From: Candidatus Hydrothermarchaeota archaeon | GTDB lineage: Archaea; CAYFZR01 | Assembly (NCBI GenBank): GCA_046760505.1 | Contig: JBHIEG010000001.1 | Span: forward strand, 52,023-116,022 | Direction: 5' to 3' | DNA: 64,000 bases | Part shown: positions 1-9,273 of the stretch, piece after piece | Position numbering within the stretch: position 1 is the stretch's first letter | Layout of the letters: the number at the start of each line of letters is the position of its first letter | Made by a program: the position numbers and the translations under genes | Notes under the pieces: model-generated | What the model was told of the DNA's origin: nothing | What the model saw: the letters and a program-made list of their open reading frames with translations, nothing else | Databases searched by the model: none

Positions 1-1068
1 AAAGTTCCCCCTCTTTTCATGATTCATGGAAATCACGATGGAACAAGAGATCCAGATAGCCCGGCAAAATACTCAAGTATTCTCGAACTATTTGAGATTT
101 TTCAAATTGCTAACTACACAGATCTTTATGTAACAGAAGAAATTACCGAACCCAAGATTTTTTTGATGGAAGATAAGGATGTAAAATTAGGCATTCAGGG
201 ATTTGGATACAGACATCCCAATGTGGCCAGGAATCTGTTGAAAGAATTTACTCCAATGGATGATGTGGACTATAATTTACTTCTGATGCATCAAACCATA
301 GAGGGATTGCAAACACCTACAACGCCTATTCAAGGACTACTTCAAGAAGAAATCGTCGAACTAGGATTTGACGTAATAATAGATGGACACATCCATAGGC
401 CACTAGATCCTGTTCCTAAGATTCGAGATACCTTAATAATCCTCCCAGGTAGCACGGAAAGAATTGATTCAGGAGAAATAGGTGAGAAGAAGGGTTATTT
501 CATTTTAGAATTTGGTAAAAATGGAATAAACACGATATTCAAAGAAATAGATCTAGACTCTGAAGTTCGAAGACTACATAGGATAAGGGTGAATATAGCA
601 GATTTTGTTGGTAGAGAGATACTTGATGAAGCCATAAAAGAGGTCAAATCAAAGTTAAAAGATCCATTAAATGCGTATGTAGTGATAGATTTACTGGGAA
701 AAGTGAGAGAATCTGTTTCTCCAGAAATAAGATCCAGCATTGCTAATGCAGTAGAAAAGATGGGTGTTGCTCATGTGGTAATACGGGATAAGACTAAGGC
801 GAAAACTTTGCCTTTGCTTAGTGTTGGGGAGTCTAAAACAATAGAGATAGGGGAAGACTTATTCAAAAAACTATTAGAAGAAAAACCACTTAAAACCAAG
901 GATAAAAAGCCAATAAGAGATGAAGAAATCATAAAAAAACTAGCAGGCTTAACTTACAAAGTCTTTGAAGCCTCCAAAAGCGATAATGAGGAAGAAACGA
1001 AGAAACTCTTTACTGAAGATCTCAGAAAAATCGTGAAGGACCTAAAAGAAAGGGAGGAGCATTCATGA
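1..1068 (+). CDS. mre11: Mre11/SbcD-family DNA repair nuclease (5' partial; frame open to window start)
   Basis: Phosphoesterase motifs GNHD, LMHQ, DGHIH, PGSTER. Frame is open from base 1 (KVPPLF-MIHGNHD), so motifs I-II lie upstream. ATGA overlap with the Rad50 gene. Confidence 0.88.
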   Translation, partial: KVPPLFMIHGNHDGTRDPDSPAKYSSILELFEIFQIANYTDLYVTEEITEPKIFLMEDKDVKLGIQGFGYRHPNVARNLLKEFTPMDDVDYNLLLMHQTIEGLQTPTTPIQGLLQEEIVELGFDVIIDGHIHRPLDPVPKIRDTLIILPGSTERIDSGEIGEKKGYFILEFGKNGINTIFKEIDLDSEVRRLHRIRVNIADFVGREILDEAIKEVKSKLKDPLNAYVVIDLLGKVRESVSPEIRSSIANAVEKMGVAHVVIRDKTKAKTLPLLSVGESKTIEIGEDLFKKLLEEKPLKTKDKKPIRDEEIIKKLAGLTYKVFEASKSDNEEETKKLFTEDLRKIVKDLKEREEHS

Positions 1069-3299
1069 TCATCAAGGAGGTAAACGCAATAAATATAAAG
1101 ACTCATACTGCAAACACTCCTCCTATAAAATTTCAAAGAGGGTTAAACGTTCTTTTAGGAAGAGTTGGCTCTGGGAAGAGTACCATCCTCGATTCCATCA
1201 TGTTTGGATTGTACGGATGGAGGGGGATTAAATTTAAGAATCTAATTACGAAGGGTAAGTCTGATTTTAGAATAGAAATAATATTTGAGCATGAGGGAAA
1301 AGATTACAGGGTTGTTAGAGGGGAAGAAGACTATCTCGAGCTTTTGGATAACGGTTATCGGATTGCAAGCGGACACAGGAAAGTTACCGAGGAAATAGAG
1401 AGAATCGTTGGTATTTCCAGAGATCAGTTCCAAAATCTTTTTTACGCGACTCAGGGGGAGATAGCAAGACTGATAACAGGCTCTCCTGAAGAGAGACAGA
1501 AGATAATAGACCGTTTGTTGGGATTGGAGTCTTTGAGAGAAGCATATGATTGGTTAAAAGAGCCAGCGAAAGCCAATCAGGATGATTTAAATAAATTAAA
1601 GGAGGAAATTGCCAGACTTGATGGAAGGCTCCAAGGTAGATCGCTTGAACAACTAGAAGAGGAGAAAAGAGAAAAAGAGAAATTGGTAGAAGATTTTGCC
1701 TCCCAAATCGAGGAACTGGAGGATAAAATAAAGAAAATAGAAGAATCTTTATCGAGTATCAAAGAGAAGGTAAAAGAATGCGAAGAGTTTAAAGAGGAAA
1801 TAGAAAAACTAAACAAGAAAATAGAGCAAATAAACATAGAAATTAACGTTTTAAGAGAAGAACTATCAAGATTGGATCCTGCTAGCATTAAGAAAGAAAT
1901 TGAACACCTAAAAAATGATTTGGAAAAACTAGAAGGTAAGATAGAAAGGTTAAGCGATGAGGAAAAATTTTTGATCCGTGAGAGAGATCACAGTATAGTG
2001 GTTCTTGAGGGTTCTTTTTCCCAAATAAAAGAAGAACTAGATACCGAAATTAAAAATATTCGGGAAGAATATGAATATATGAAGGGTCAAATGGATGAAA
2101 AGAGAGGTGAGGCAAAAAAAATAGTAAAGCAGAAAAAAGAGCTAGAAAAATTAGAGGCTGGTCCAGATGCTCTTTGTCCTTTGTGCAGAAGGCCCCTCAC
2201 CGAAGAACACAAGAAAAAAGTCATAGAAGAACTAGAACTAGAATTGGACAAACTAAAAGCAAAGATCAATGTTTTTGAGGAAGAAGTTAAGGAAAAAAGC
2301 AATATTTTAAAAGAAAAAGAGAATACAAAGAAAGAAAGGGAAGAATCGATTAGGAAAGAGATTAAGGAGAAATACGATGAATATGAAGCTAAACTAAATT
2401 CTGTGAGAGAGGATTTGAGAAAACTCAGAGATCTGTATTCCAGCAAAAAGACGAGAAAAGATGAGCTAGAAAAAAAGTTAGAAGAGACTACAGCACGCAA
2501 ACAAGAATATGTTAGTAAAATAAAGGAATATGAACTTGAAAAAAATCATATCTCACTAGAACTTAATGGAGTGATAAGAGATTCAATAAGTAGACTTGGA
2601 ATTGAAGGACTCAGTCCCATCGAAGAGTTGACTCAACTAAAACAGAATTTTGAAGAGGAAAGATCTAAACTAACCTCCGATAAAGAAAACTTGAGTGTAC
2701 TCAAAACAAAAATAGAAAGCGATCTCAAGGTATTGAACAGGGAGATCGAAGAACTAAAGAGTTTAATCGAGGATGCAAAGGCAAAAGAAGAGAAGAAAAA
2801 AGATTTAGATGTAGTTGAAGAAGCCAACCATTTAGCAGGGGATATAAGAGAAAAATTTAAGGAAGCAAGAGAACTCATCCGTGTAGAAAGCCTTAAAGTC
2901 CTTCAAGCACAACTTGAAGACCTTTTCTTGGGAGACAACAGACTATACGTTCATGGAGATTTTCATAAGGTAAATCTCAAAGAAAACTATGAAATAACTG
3001 TAGAGAATCCCTACGGGGAGATTTCCATAGATACTTTATCAGGAGGTCAAAAAGCCATTGTCAGTCTAGCATTTAGATTTGCGGTCGCGAAAGCTCTTGC
3101 AAAAAACTTCGAGACTTGGCTGGTGGACGAGCCTACAGAAAGTCTGGGAGACGAAGACGTAGACCAATTGGCTAACGTTTTGGCTTATATACAAGAGATT
3201 CCTCAGATCATAGTGGCTACACATCATCCTGAACTGGCAAGAAACGCTCACGCAATAAGAGTTTATATCGAAAATGGCGAGACTAAGATCGAGTATTGA
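1065..3299 (+). CDS. rad50: Rad50/SbcC-family SMC-like ATPase
   Basis: Walker A GRVGSGKS, Q-loop YATQGEI, long coiled coil with central zinc hook CPLC, signature LSGGQ, Walker B LVDEPT, H-loop ATHH. Confidence 0.9.
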   Translation: MIIKEVNAINIKTHTANTPPIKFQRGLNVLLGRVGSGKSTILDSIMFGLYGWRGIKFKNLITKGKSDFRIEIIFEHEGKDYRVVRGEEDYLELLDNGYRIASGHRKVTEEIERIVGISRDQFQNLFYATQGEIARLITGSPEERQKIIDRLLGLESLREAYDWLKEPAKANQDDLNKLKEEIARLDGRLQGRSLEQLEEEKREKEKLVEDFASQIEELEDKIKKIEESLSSIKEKVKECEEFKEEIEKLNKKIEQINIEINVLREELSRLDPASIKKEIEHLKNDLEKLEGKIERLSDEEKFLIRERDHSIVVLEGSFSQIKEELDTEIKNIREEYEYMKGQMDEKRGEAKKIVKQKKELEKLEAGPDALCPLCRRPLTEEHKKKVIEELELELDKLKAKINVFEEEVKEKSNILKEKENTKKEREESIRKEIKEKYDEYEAKLNSVREDLRKLRDLYSSKKTRKDELEKKLEETTARKQEYVSKIKEYELEKNHISLELNGVIRDSISRLGIEGLSPIEELTQLKQNFEEERSKLTSDKENLSVLKTKIESDLKVLNREIEELKSLIEDAKAKEEKKKDLDVVEEANHLAGDIREKFKEARELIRVESLKVLQAQLEDLFLGDNRLYVHGDFHKVNLKENYEITVENPYGEISIDTLSGGQKAIVSLAFRFAVAKALAKNFETWLVDEPTESLGDEDVDQLANVLAYIQEIPQIIVATHHPELARNAHAIRVYIENGETKIEY

Positions 3300-6200
3300 A
3301 TTTGATTTTTTTAGATACGTCTCTAGGTTTAATAACTTCCCCCCTTTGCTTCGATACTGTTTTCACACTTATGTAGGTCCCCAGTCTCTTAGCCTCATTT
3401 ATGTATCCCAAAAGCGCGTTTTTGGCGCCTATTTGATCTCCTACTTTTTCCAGGGTAGTGGAGTCCCCTATAACAATTAATTTCTTCTTGCACCTAGACA
3501 TTGCCACATTCAATCTTCTTAAATCTCCTAAGAAACCTATTTCACCCTCGTCGTTACTACGAACAAGAGAGAGAAGCACTATATCGTGTTCTCTTCCTTG
3601 GTAAGAATCTATGGTTCCTGATCTTATTTCCCTCTTTAAGTAGGTTTTTATCCAGTTATTCTGCCTTTGATACGGTGTTAAGAGCAATATATCATCGGTT
3701 GCATGTCTTAATAAATCTATGATAGAGGCTGCGATTACAGCCTCTAGAGGGTTGGATTTGCTATAATCACCTGATTCTCGACAAGAACCTAAAGTATCGA
3801 TGAAAATTAAGGTATTTTTAGGATCAGAACATAATTTCAAGATTTTTGGTGTTATTTCAGCCTTTAAATCCATTTCTTTCAGGATTTCGTTGTACTTGCT
3901 TGCTATTCCTTCAAGATCTATGTTCAAAATCTCTTTGTGATGGTGGTTTTCTTTTGGTCCTGGATCGTTTTTTAACTTCGAATCGTAAAAATATTTTGAG
4001 AGATATTCTCCAACTTCATGGGGACATCTGTACTGAACGTCTAACATTCTGTAGGGGTGGTATGATTTTTTCTTTTCCAAGTGTTCAATTACCTGATCAA
4101 ACCAAGATCTCATAAGCCTCTTAGCATCTTTATCCTCCAAAACAGGCTCCAATTGTTTATGATCTCCAATTAAAATCCACTTTTTAGCAAAAATTCCAGG
4201 TATTATGGCTGTTGGTAAAATACATTGGGTGGCTTCATCTAAGAAGAGAACATCAAAAGGTTGTTGAGAGAAGTGAGGATAATCTTTTTCATGAGGGAAC
4301 TCTGCAAAGGCAGAGTAAAATGCGTCGCTGAAGGCTGATACAATTGTGACTCCCACAAGATCTGCTTCTTTCAGTTTTTTTATTTCTTCCAGATTTTCTT
4401 CTAAGGTGTCTATTATTTCTACTCCTTTTAGGTGTCTTACTGCTTCCGGTTTTCCAACCCTGACTATTCTAGCACTGATTTTTTTCTCATTCATCAGTTC
4501 AACTATCTTCTCTAGCGCATTATCAACCGCATTGTTGGTAAAAGAGGCAATTAAGACTTTTTTACCTTTTTTTAAAAGTTCTAGTGAGGCATAGGCGATT
4601 ACAGTTGTTTTTCCTGAGCCAAAAGGACCATGAACGACTCCGTACTCTGATTCCATCATAAATCCCACTGCCTGCTCTTGACTTGGATTTAAACCAATTT
4701 TTGTATCTTTTTTTATGGAAATAGCCTTTGAAGGGTTTTTCAATAACTCTTTAAACCTCAAAAAGTGATTTCTTGTTTCTTCGTTGATCGAAAACAATTC
4801 TGGTGCCTCGAGGATGGAGAGCGCAAACTTAGATCTCCTTGAAAGATCTATGAATGAGCCATCGATTCTAAGATTTTTCCTGTTGGTAATAACAGGAGAT
4901 GGCTTTTCTAGGAAGCGAACTCTAATCGAATAGGGTTTTATATCCTCGATTAGAGCACTGCACCAACCATGACGTGGATTGAATCCTGAAATACGAATGT
5001 AAGCTCCATTGAAGAAATAAGGTGTTCTTTTCGTGGGTTTGTCTGATTTTAAAATACCTAGATCATGATGTACTGACTCTAAATATAAATTCGAGAGGGT
5101 AGTACCCTGAAATTCTAGCTCAGCTAAGGGTAATTCGCCCAGATTAATCAACCTTTTGAGCTGAGTCTCTTGTTCGAAATCGATTCCGTTGCGCATTTTA
5201 GAAAATTCTTTTTCAAGAGTAAGACGGTTCATGTTGGAGCAAATAACCTCTTTCTGACATTCTTCGCATTTTTTGCTCTCTGGTTCATAAACGTTTATCG
5301 GAGGATTGTTAGCGGTTGACCAGTAAATGTATTCATCCCTGTTCCACAATAATTTCTTTAAGAAAATCTCTTTTTCTTCTTCTTTTACGGTATATTTCTC
5401 TATAAGGCTTCCATCTCTCAAATCAAATGCAAACAAATGAGCTTGGGACTCAGTTAAACCTATAGCATCTTCCATCAAAACTCTGTAGGCGTTCGCCTGT
5501 GTACTTCCCCTGAATACAGCTGGGCTTAGAAAATCCTTGTAATTTTCAACATTTTCCGTAAACTTCTGTTCTACGACTCTCCCTGTTTTTTTCTTACCTT
5601 TGTACTTTACGGCTATTGCATCCGCCCTTCCTATGAACCCAAATCTTGGGCTCATCAACGAATACTCTGACCAGGTATAGGATTCCGGATCTCCTTCTGA
5701 TATCCAGCAAAAAAGATCGTATGCTGTATCTGCATAACTATTTAATCGTGTTAGTGCATTTTTTATTAATTCTTTCGTTTTGATCCTTTGAGAATGCCTT
5801 TCTATCTCTGCATTGGCTTTCTTTAATCCTACATCTATGGCTTCTTCGATATTTTTTCCAGATTTAAATTCTTCCCATGTAGCATTCCAGAATTCTTGAA
5901 AAATCATGTGGTTAATTCTACCAAGAATCTGCTTTTCTGTAGGCTTAAATTGGATTCCAAATCTTTGGGTTAAAAATATTTCCATTGGACAAAAAAACAG
6001 AGCAGAATCAACGTTAACCAATCTGTCTAGGGCAATGGTAATCGGAGGACCGTTTCTCCAGAATCCATATCTGTCTTTGCGAGGTATTTGCCATTTGAAC
6101 CATTCGTTAGGCTCTGGGGTCCTATGAAACAATAATCTCGTTCCGATGCGTAGTATCTTTCGATCATAGAATTCAATGAGACTCGGATAGGTTCCATCAT

Positions 6201-6336
6201 AATCATCTGGTTGTGAAAAAAATACGGGAATTTTATCCTTGTTCTCAAGTTCAAGAAGAACTCTGATGTAAGGGTTTCCGTTTCTATCTACTTCTCTAAC
6301 GGCTTGTAGGATAGTTCCTATGATGCCAAAAACCAT
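3283..6336 (-). CDS. Dna2-like Fe-S PD-(D/E)XK nuclease fused to SF1B (UPF1-like) helicase
   Basis: Nuclease: FFCPME, GRINH, SEYSLMSPRFGFIGRADA, VEQK, QANAY, CEECQKEVIC. Helicase: HGPFGSGKTT, SFTNNAVDN, DEATQ, GDHKQLEP, QYR, TPYQRQ, TIDSYQGRE, NVAMSRCK. Confidence 0.85.
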   Translation of the reverse strand: MVFGIIGTILQAVREVDRNGNPYIRVLLELENKDKIPVFFSQPDDYDGTYPSLIEFYDRKILRIGTRLLFHRTPEPNEWFKWQIPRKDRYGFWRNGPPITIALDRLVNVDSALFFCPMEIFLTQRFGIQFKPTEKQILGRINHMIFQEFWNATWEEFKSGKNIEEAIDVGLKKANAEIERHSQRIKTKELIKNALTRLNSYADTAYDLFCWISEGDPESYTWSEYSLMSPRFGFIGRADAIAVKYKGKKKTGRVVEQKFTENVENYKDFLSPAVFRGSTQANAYRVLMEDAIGLTESQAHLFAFDLRDGSLIEKYTVKEEEKEIFLKKLLWNRDEYIYWSTANNPPINVYEPESKKCEECQKEVICSNMNRLTLEKEFSKMRNGIDFEQETQLKRLINLGELPLAELEFQGTTLSNLYLESVHHDLGILKSDKPTKRTPYFFNGAYIRISGFNPRHGWCSALIEDIKPYSIRVRFLEKPSPVITNRKNLRIDGSFIDLSRRSKFALSILEAPELFSINEETRNHFLRFKELLKNPSKAISIKKDTKIGLNPSQEQAVGFMMESEYGVVHGPFGSGKTTVIAYASLELLKKGKKVLIASFTNNAVDNALEKIVELMNEKKISARIVRVGKPEAVRHLKGVEIIDTLEENLEEIKKLKEADLVGVTIVSAFSDAFYSAFAEFPHEKDYPHFSQQPFDVLFLDEATQCILPTAIIPGIFAKKWILIGDHKQLEPVLEDKDAKRLMRSWFDQVIEHLEKKKSYHPYRMLDVQYRCPHEVGEYLSKYFYDSKLKNDPGPKENHHHKEILNIDLEGIASKYNEILKEMDLKAEITPKILKLCSDPKNTLIFIDTLGSCRESGDYSKSNPLEAVIAASIIDLLRHATDDILLLTPYQRQNNWIKTYLKREIRSGTIDSYQGREHDIVLLSLVRSNDEGEIGFLGDLRRLNVAMSRCKKKLIVIGDSTTLEKVGDQIGAKNALLGYINEAKRLGTYISVKTVSKQRGEVIKPRDVSKKIKFNTRS

Positions 6337-6453
6337 GAAAAGCCCCTAACCTTTTTTAGAAAAATGCCTTATTAATGTTGGGATCGTATCTTTCAATACC
6401 TACCTTATACCAATATTATACAATATTTGTGCTATAAAATGCCCATCTTGACT

Positions 6454-6714
6454 TTATTTTATAATTTTTCCGGTTCTCGGATCGATCCAGAAATAATGAT
6501 ATTTAATTGGTTCTCTTGGCGGTGGTAGGTCGGAATTCCATTTATCAGATTTTGCCTTGAAAACGCGATCTAGGGTGAAAAATTCGTGTTCCCATATTCT
6601 TAACTTACTTCGCTCCTCCTCGCTTAAACAAAAGACCCTTATTTTCTTACCCTTGGGTAACCTTGATAAGTCGATATCGTGTTTATACCCGCACTCAGGG
6701 CATTCTATAATCAT
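6454..6714 (-). CDS. small hypothetical protein with N-terminal CxxCG zinc-ribbon knuckle
   Basis: IIECPECGYKH; good SD (GAAGGTGA) upstream. Confidence 0.65.
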   Translation of the reverse strand: MIIECPECGYKHDIDLSRLPKGKKIRVFCLSEEERSKLRIWEHEFFTLDRVFKAKSDKWNSDLPPPREPIKYHYFWIDPRTGKIIK

Positions 6715-6746
6715 GGTATCACCTTCTCTTAGATTTTAAAAACGCT

Positions 6747-7019
6747 TTAGTAAATCAGAGCGTATTTGTGAGTTAAAAACGTCGAAATTATCGTTATCAT
6801 GGTGGTTAGGGCAAAGGATACATGAATCCTTCTGATTATCCTTTCATTTGATATCAGGAGAGAAAAACCTGAAATCGAAAGCACGGAAAATCCAACCAGA
6901 CTAAGATAGGCAAAGAGATGATGCCAGTCTACTGGCCTAGGCTTTTGATAGTAGAGTGCCCAGATGAAGAGAATACTTATTAAATAAGTTAGAACAGTAA
7001 TTGCAAGGGTTTTCTTCAT
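6747..7019 (-). CDS. small membrane protein (about 3 TM)
   Basis: Three hydrophobic segments; 4 nt downstream of the nitroreductase gene. Confidence 0.6.
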   Translation of the reverse strand: MKKTLAITVLTYLISILFIWALYYQKPRPVDWHHLFAYLSLVGFSVLSISGFSLLISNERIIRRIHVSFALTTMITIISTFLTHKYALIY

Positions 7020-7023
7020 ATCA

Positions 7024-7701
7024 TCACCTCTTATGCCCTACAGGCATTATATAGATGGGTTTATGATCTGATGGAAGTTTGAGGACTTCTTGGACTTCAT
7101 CATCGTAAAAAGCTCCAACTACCGTTGTTCCTAAGTTTAAAGAAACGCATTGAAGGTATATATTCTGGGCAACATGTCCTGCTTCCATGTAAACATATCT
7201 TTCTCCTCTCTCACCATATTTCCTCTTCGTCCTTTCGAATACAGCTGTGATTATAATGTCGACGGGGGCCTCTCTAACCCATTCCTGATCTAAAGCTGCT
7301 TTTGAAAGGTTTTTTCTAACATCTCCAGCGTATTTTTGCTCCAACGAATGAGTCCAAGGATCGTAGTGATATATTCCTTCTTTCGTTACTACGTATATTT
7401 CCATAGGGTAAAGAGCTCCAGCCGAGGGTGCAGTTCTGAATCCTTTTGGTCTGTACGTTATTCCTTGAGCCGCCCAGAGAATCTGTGAAATTTCCTCTAA
7501 ACTGAGATTCTTCTCACTGTATTCTCTTATGGATCTTCTCTCAAGGATTGCTTCCTCTACAGATTTATTGCTTGTATAACGAGGCTCAGGAAGCATGATT
7601 ATCTTGTCTACTTCTTTTAATTCTCTCTTTTCAGTTATGCAGAGGCTTGTGGGCAGAATTAAGATGATTGAAAGGCATATTGCATTTATATTTCGATACA
7701 T
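7024..7701 (-). CDS. SagB/ThcOx-family nitroreductase-fold protein with hydrophobic N-terminal leader
   Basis: RRSIREYS, RTAPSAGALYP, EAGHVAQN, GAFYDDEV motifs. Confidence 0.85.
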   Translation of the reverse strand: MYRNINAICLSIILILPTSLCITEKRELKEVDKIIMLPEPRYTSNKSVEEAILERRSIREYSEKNLSLEEISQILWAAQGITYRPKGFRTAPSAGALYPMEIYVVTKEGIYHYDPWTHSLEQKYAGDVRKNLSKAALDQEWVREAPVDIIITAVFERTKRKYGERGERYVYMEAGHVAQNIYLQCVSLNLGTTVVGAFYDDEVQEVLKLPSDHKPIYIMPVGHKR

Positions 7702-7773
7702 TTTCCAATCTAATGAAGTTATTCGGTTTATCGATAAAAGTGTTTCTTTGTTAGGAAATTTGAATCTTTAAGA

Positions 7774-7958
7774 TCACTCCTTGGAAAAGATCTCTACTGC
7801 TTTTTCAACGGAAGACACTCTCTCAGTACATTCGTATCATGAACCCTCTCGAAGTATTCTTTCAGCCCTTCAGGCGTCTTCAGGTTCAGGCCAGTAAGTT
7901 GCCTACAGTTCACGTAACCAAACCTATCCTTGAATGCAGTTAAAAATTCATCGACCAT
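7774..7958 (-). pseudogene. frameshifted C-terminal remnant of a C-GCAxxG-C-C family redox protein
   Basis: Manual translation MVDEFLTAFKDRFGYVNCRQLTGLNLKTPEGLKEYFERVHD, then a frameshift to ECTERVSSVEKAVEIFSKE-stop. N-terminal CGA motif region is absent. Confidence 0.6.
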
Positions 7959-8091
7959 ATCGGTTGAGGATCTTCTTCTATGCTTGTTCTCCCACTCCTA
8001 CTTTTGCACTAAACACACAACCAGAAATCTAAACGGTCTTTGCTTTAATTTGTTCACAGGACCGATCTAGAGAAAAAGTATATTGAGAGAT

Positions 8092-8325
8092 CTATTTTAC
8101 TTTCTTGGAGAATATTGTTCTCGTCTCAACGATTCCTTTGATTTGTAAGATCTTATCTGTTACTAGGTCTATAACCTTCTCGGGATCATCGATACCTATC
8201 TTCGCAAGAACGTCATATTGGCCTGTGATAAGATAAACTTCCAAAATCTGATCAATTTCTGCCATTTCTTCGGCAATGGTCTTTTCTTTTCCGGCCTCGG
8301 CTCTAACAACTATAAAAGCACTCAT
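8092..8325 (-). CDS. stand-alone Lrp/AsnC ligand-binding (RAM) domain protein
   Basis: EVYLITGQYDVLAKI...IKGIVETRT; no HTH. Confidence 0.85.
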   Translation of the reverse strand: MSAFIVVRAEAGKEKTIAEEMAEIDQILEVYLITGQYDVLAKIGIDDPEKVIDLVTDKILQIKGIVETRTIFSKKVK

Positions 8326-8467
8326 CCTTTCACCCTATTATAATTGGAGAAGAAATTACTTAAGATTTATTCATGTATCCCATCAATCGTGTATATTATC
8401 TCGTAGGTGTGTATCAAATAATGAGTAACCCAAAGTTAGAAATGGTAGTATTACTTAAGATAAAACC

Positions 8468-9190
8468 ATGTCCGAAAAAATGGAAACTTCTCGGAAGAAT
8501 AAGTTTGCCAGATTTGACAAGGATTTTCTCAGGCAAATAGGGATGTTTAGCAAGCCGAGAAAATATAAGGCTCCAATCTCCAATGAAGAGTTAATGGAAG
8601 ATTTAGAGAGATACAGAGAATTTGCTTTTAAGCTTGGATGTGAGGATGCGAAAATAATTCCAGGCTCGATGGTTAATGTGGATGAGAGGCTGAGATTAAA
8701 GTGCAGAATTTCCGCATGCCATCACTACAATAACTGCATAAACTGTCCGCCCTATTCCCCAACAGCCGAGGAGATGGCGAGAATCATTCCAAAATACAAG
8801 TATGCTTTGTTCATAAAAAGGGACGTTGATCCCAAAGAAGATTTCATAGATCCAAAGGAAGAAGATGACATAGCAAGACATTACAGAAAAAATATGGAGA
8901 TAGTAGGTCTCCTAGAGGCTCAAGCATTTAGTGATGGTTACTACTTCGCAATGGGCTTTGCAGGAGGTTCCTGCCAGCATGCACTCTGCATGATGCAGCC
9001 CTGCAATGTTTTAAAGGGGGAAAGATGCAGGTTTATATTAAAAGCCCGACCTGCAATGGAGGCAGTGGGAATAGATGTCATAGACATTGCAATAAAGGTT
9101 GGATGGGAACTCTATCCGGTTCGAGCCAGACCAATTCCACCAGAAGAATTTCCATGTGCTAAAACTTTCGGTATTATCTTCGTTCACTGA
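8468..9190 (+). CDS. DUF2284-like Cys-rich predicted metal-binding protein
   Basis: RLKC...C..Y..C..CPP, GGSC..LC...C......CRF...ARPAMEAVGIDV pattern. Confidence 0.75.
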   Translation: MSEKMETSRKNKFARFDKDFLRQIGMFSKPRKYKAPISNEELMEDLERYREFAFKLGCEDAKIIPGSMVNVDERLRLKCRISACHHYNNCINCPPYSPTAEEMARIIPKYKYALFIKRDVDPKEDFIDPKEEDDIARHYRKNMEIVGLLEAQAFSDGYYFAMGFAGGSCQHALCMMQPCNVLKGERCRFILKARPAMEAVGIDVIDIAIKVGWELYPVRARPIPPEEFPCAKTFGIIFVH

Positions 9191-9273
9191 GACTTCTAAG
9201 CATTCCTTTTTATTTTTTTATACCTGATAGATGCCGCTAAGGTTTAAATCATTTGATAACTTTTATAGCTCCT

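Noticed and set aside
1577-2878. Ser/Phe/Leu-rich minus-strand ORFs (1577-1888, 2087-2500, 2633-2878)
   Set aside because: Antisense shadows of the Glu/Lys-rich Rad50 coiled coil.
5230-6000. Cas4-like nuclease as evidence of a CRISPR-Cas locus
   Set aside because: The domain is fused to an SF1B helicase; no cas1/cas2 or repeat-spacer array was seen in the window.
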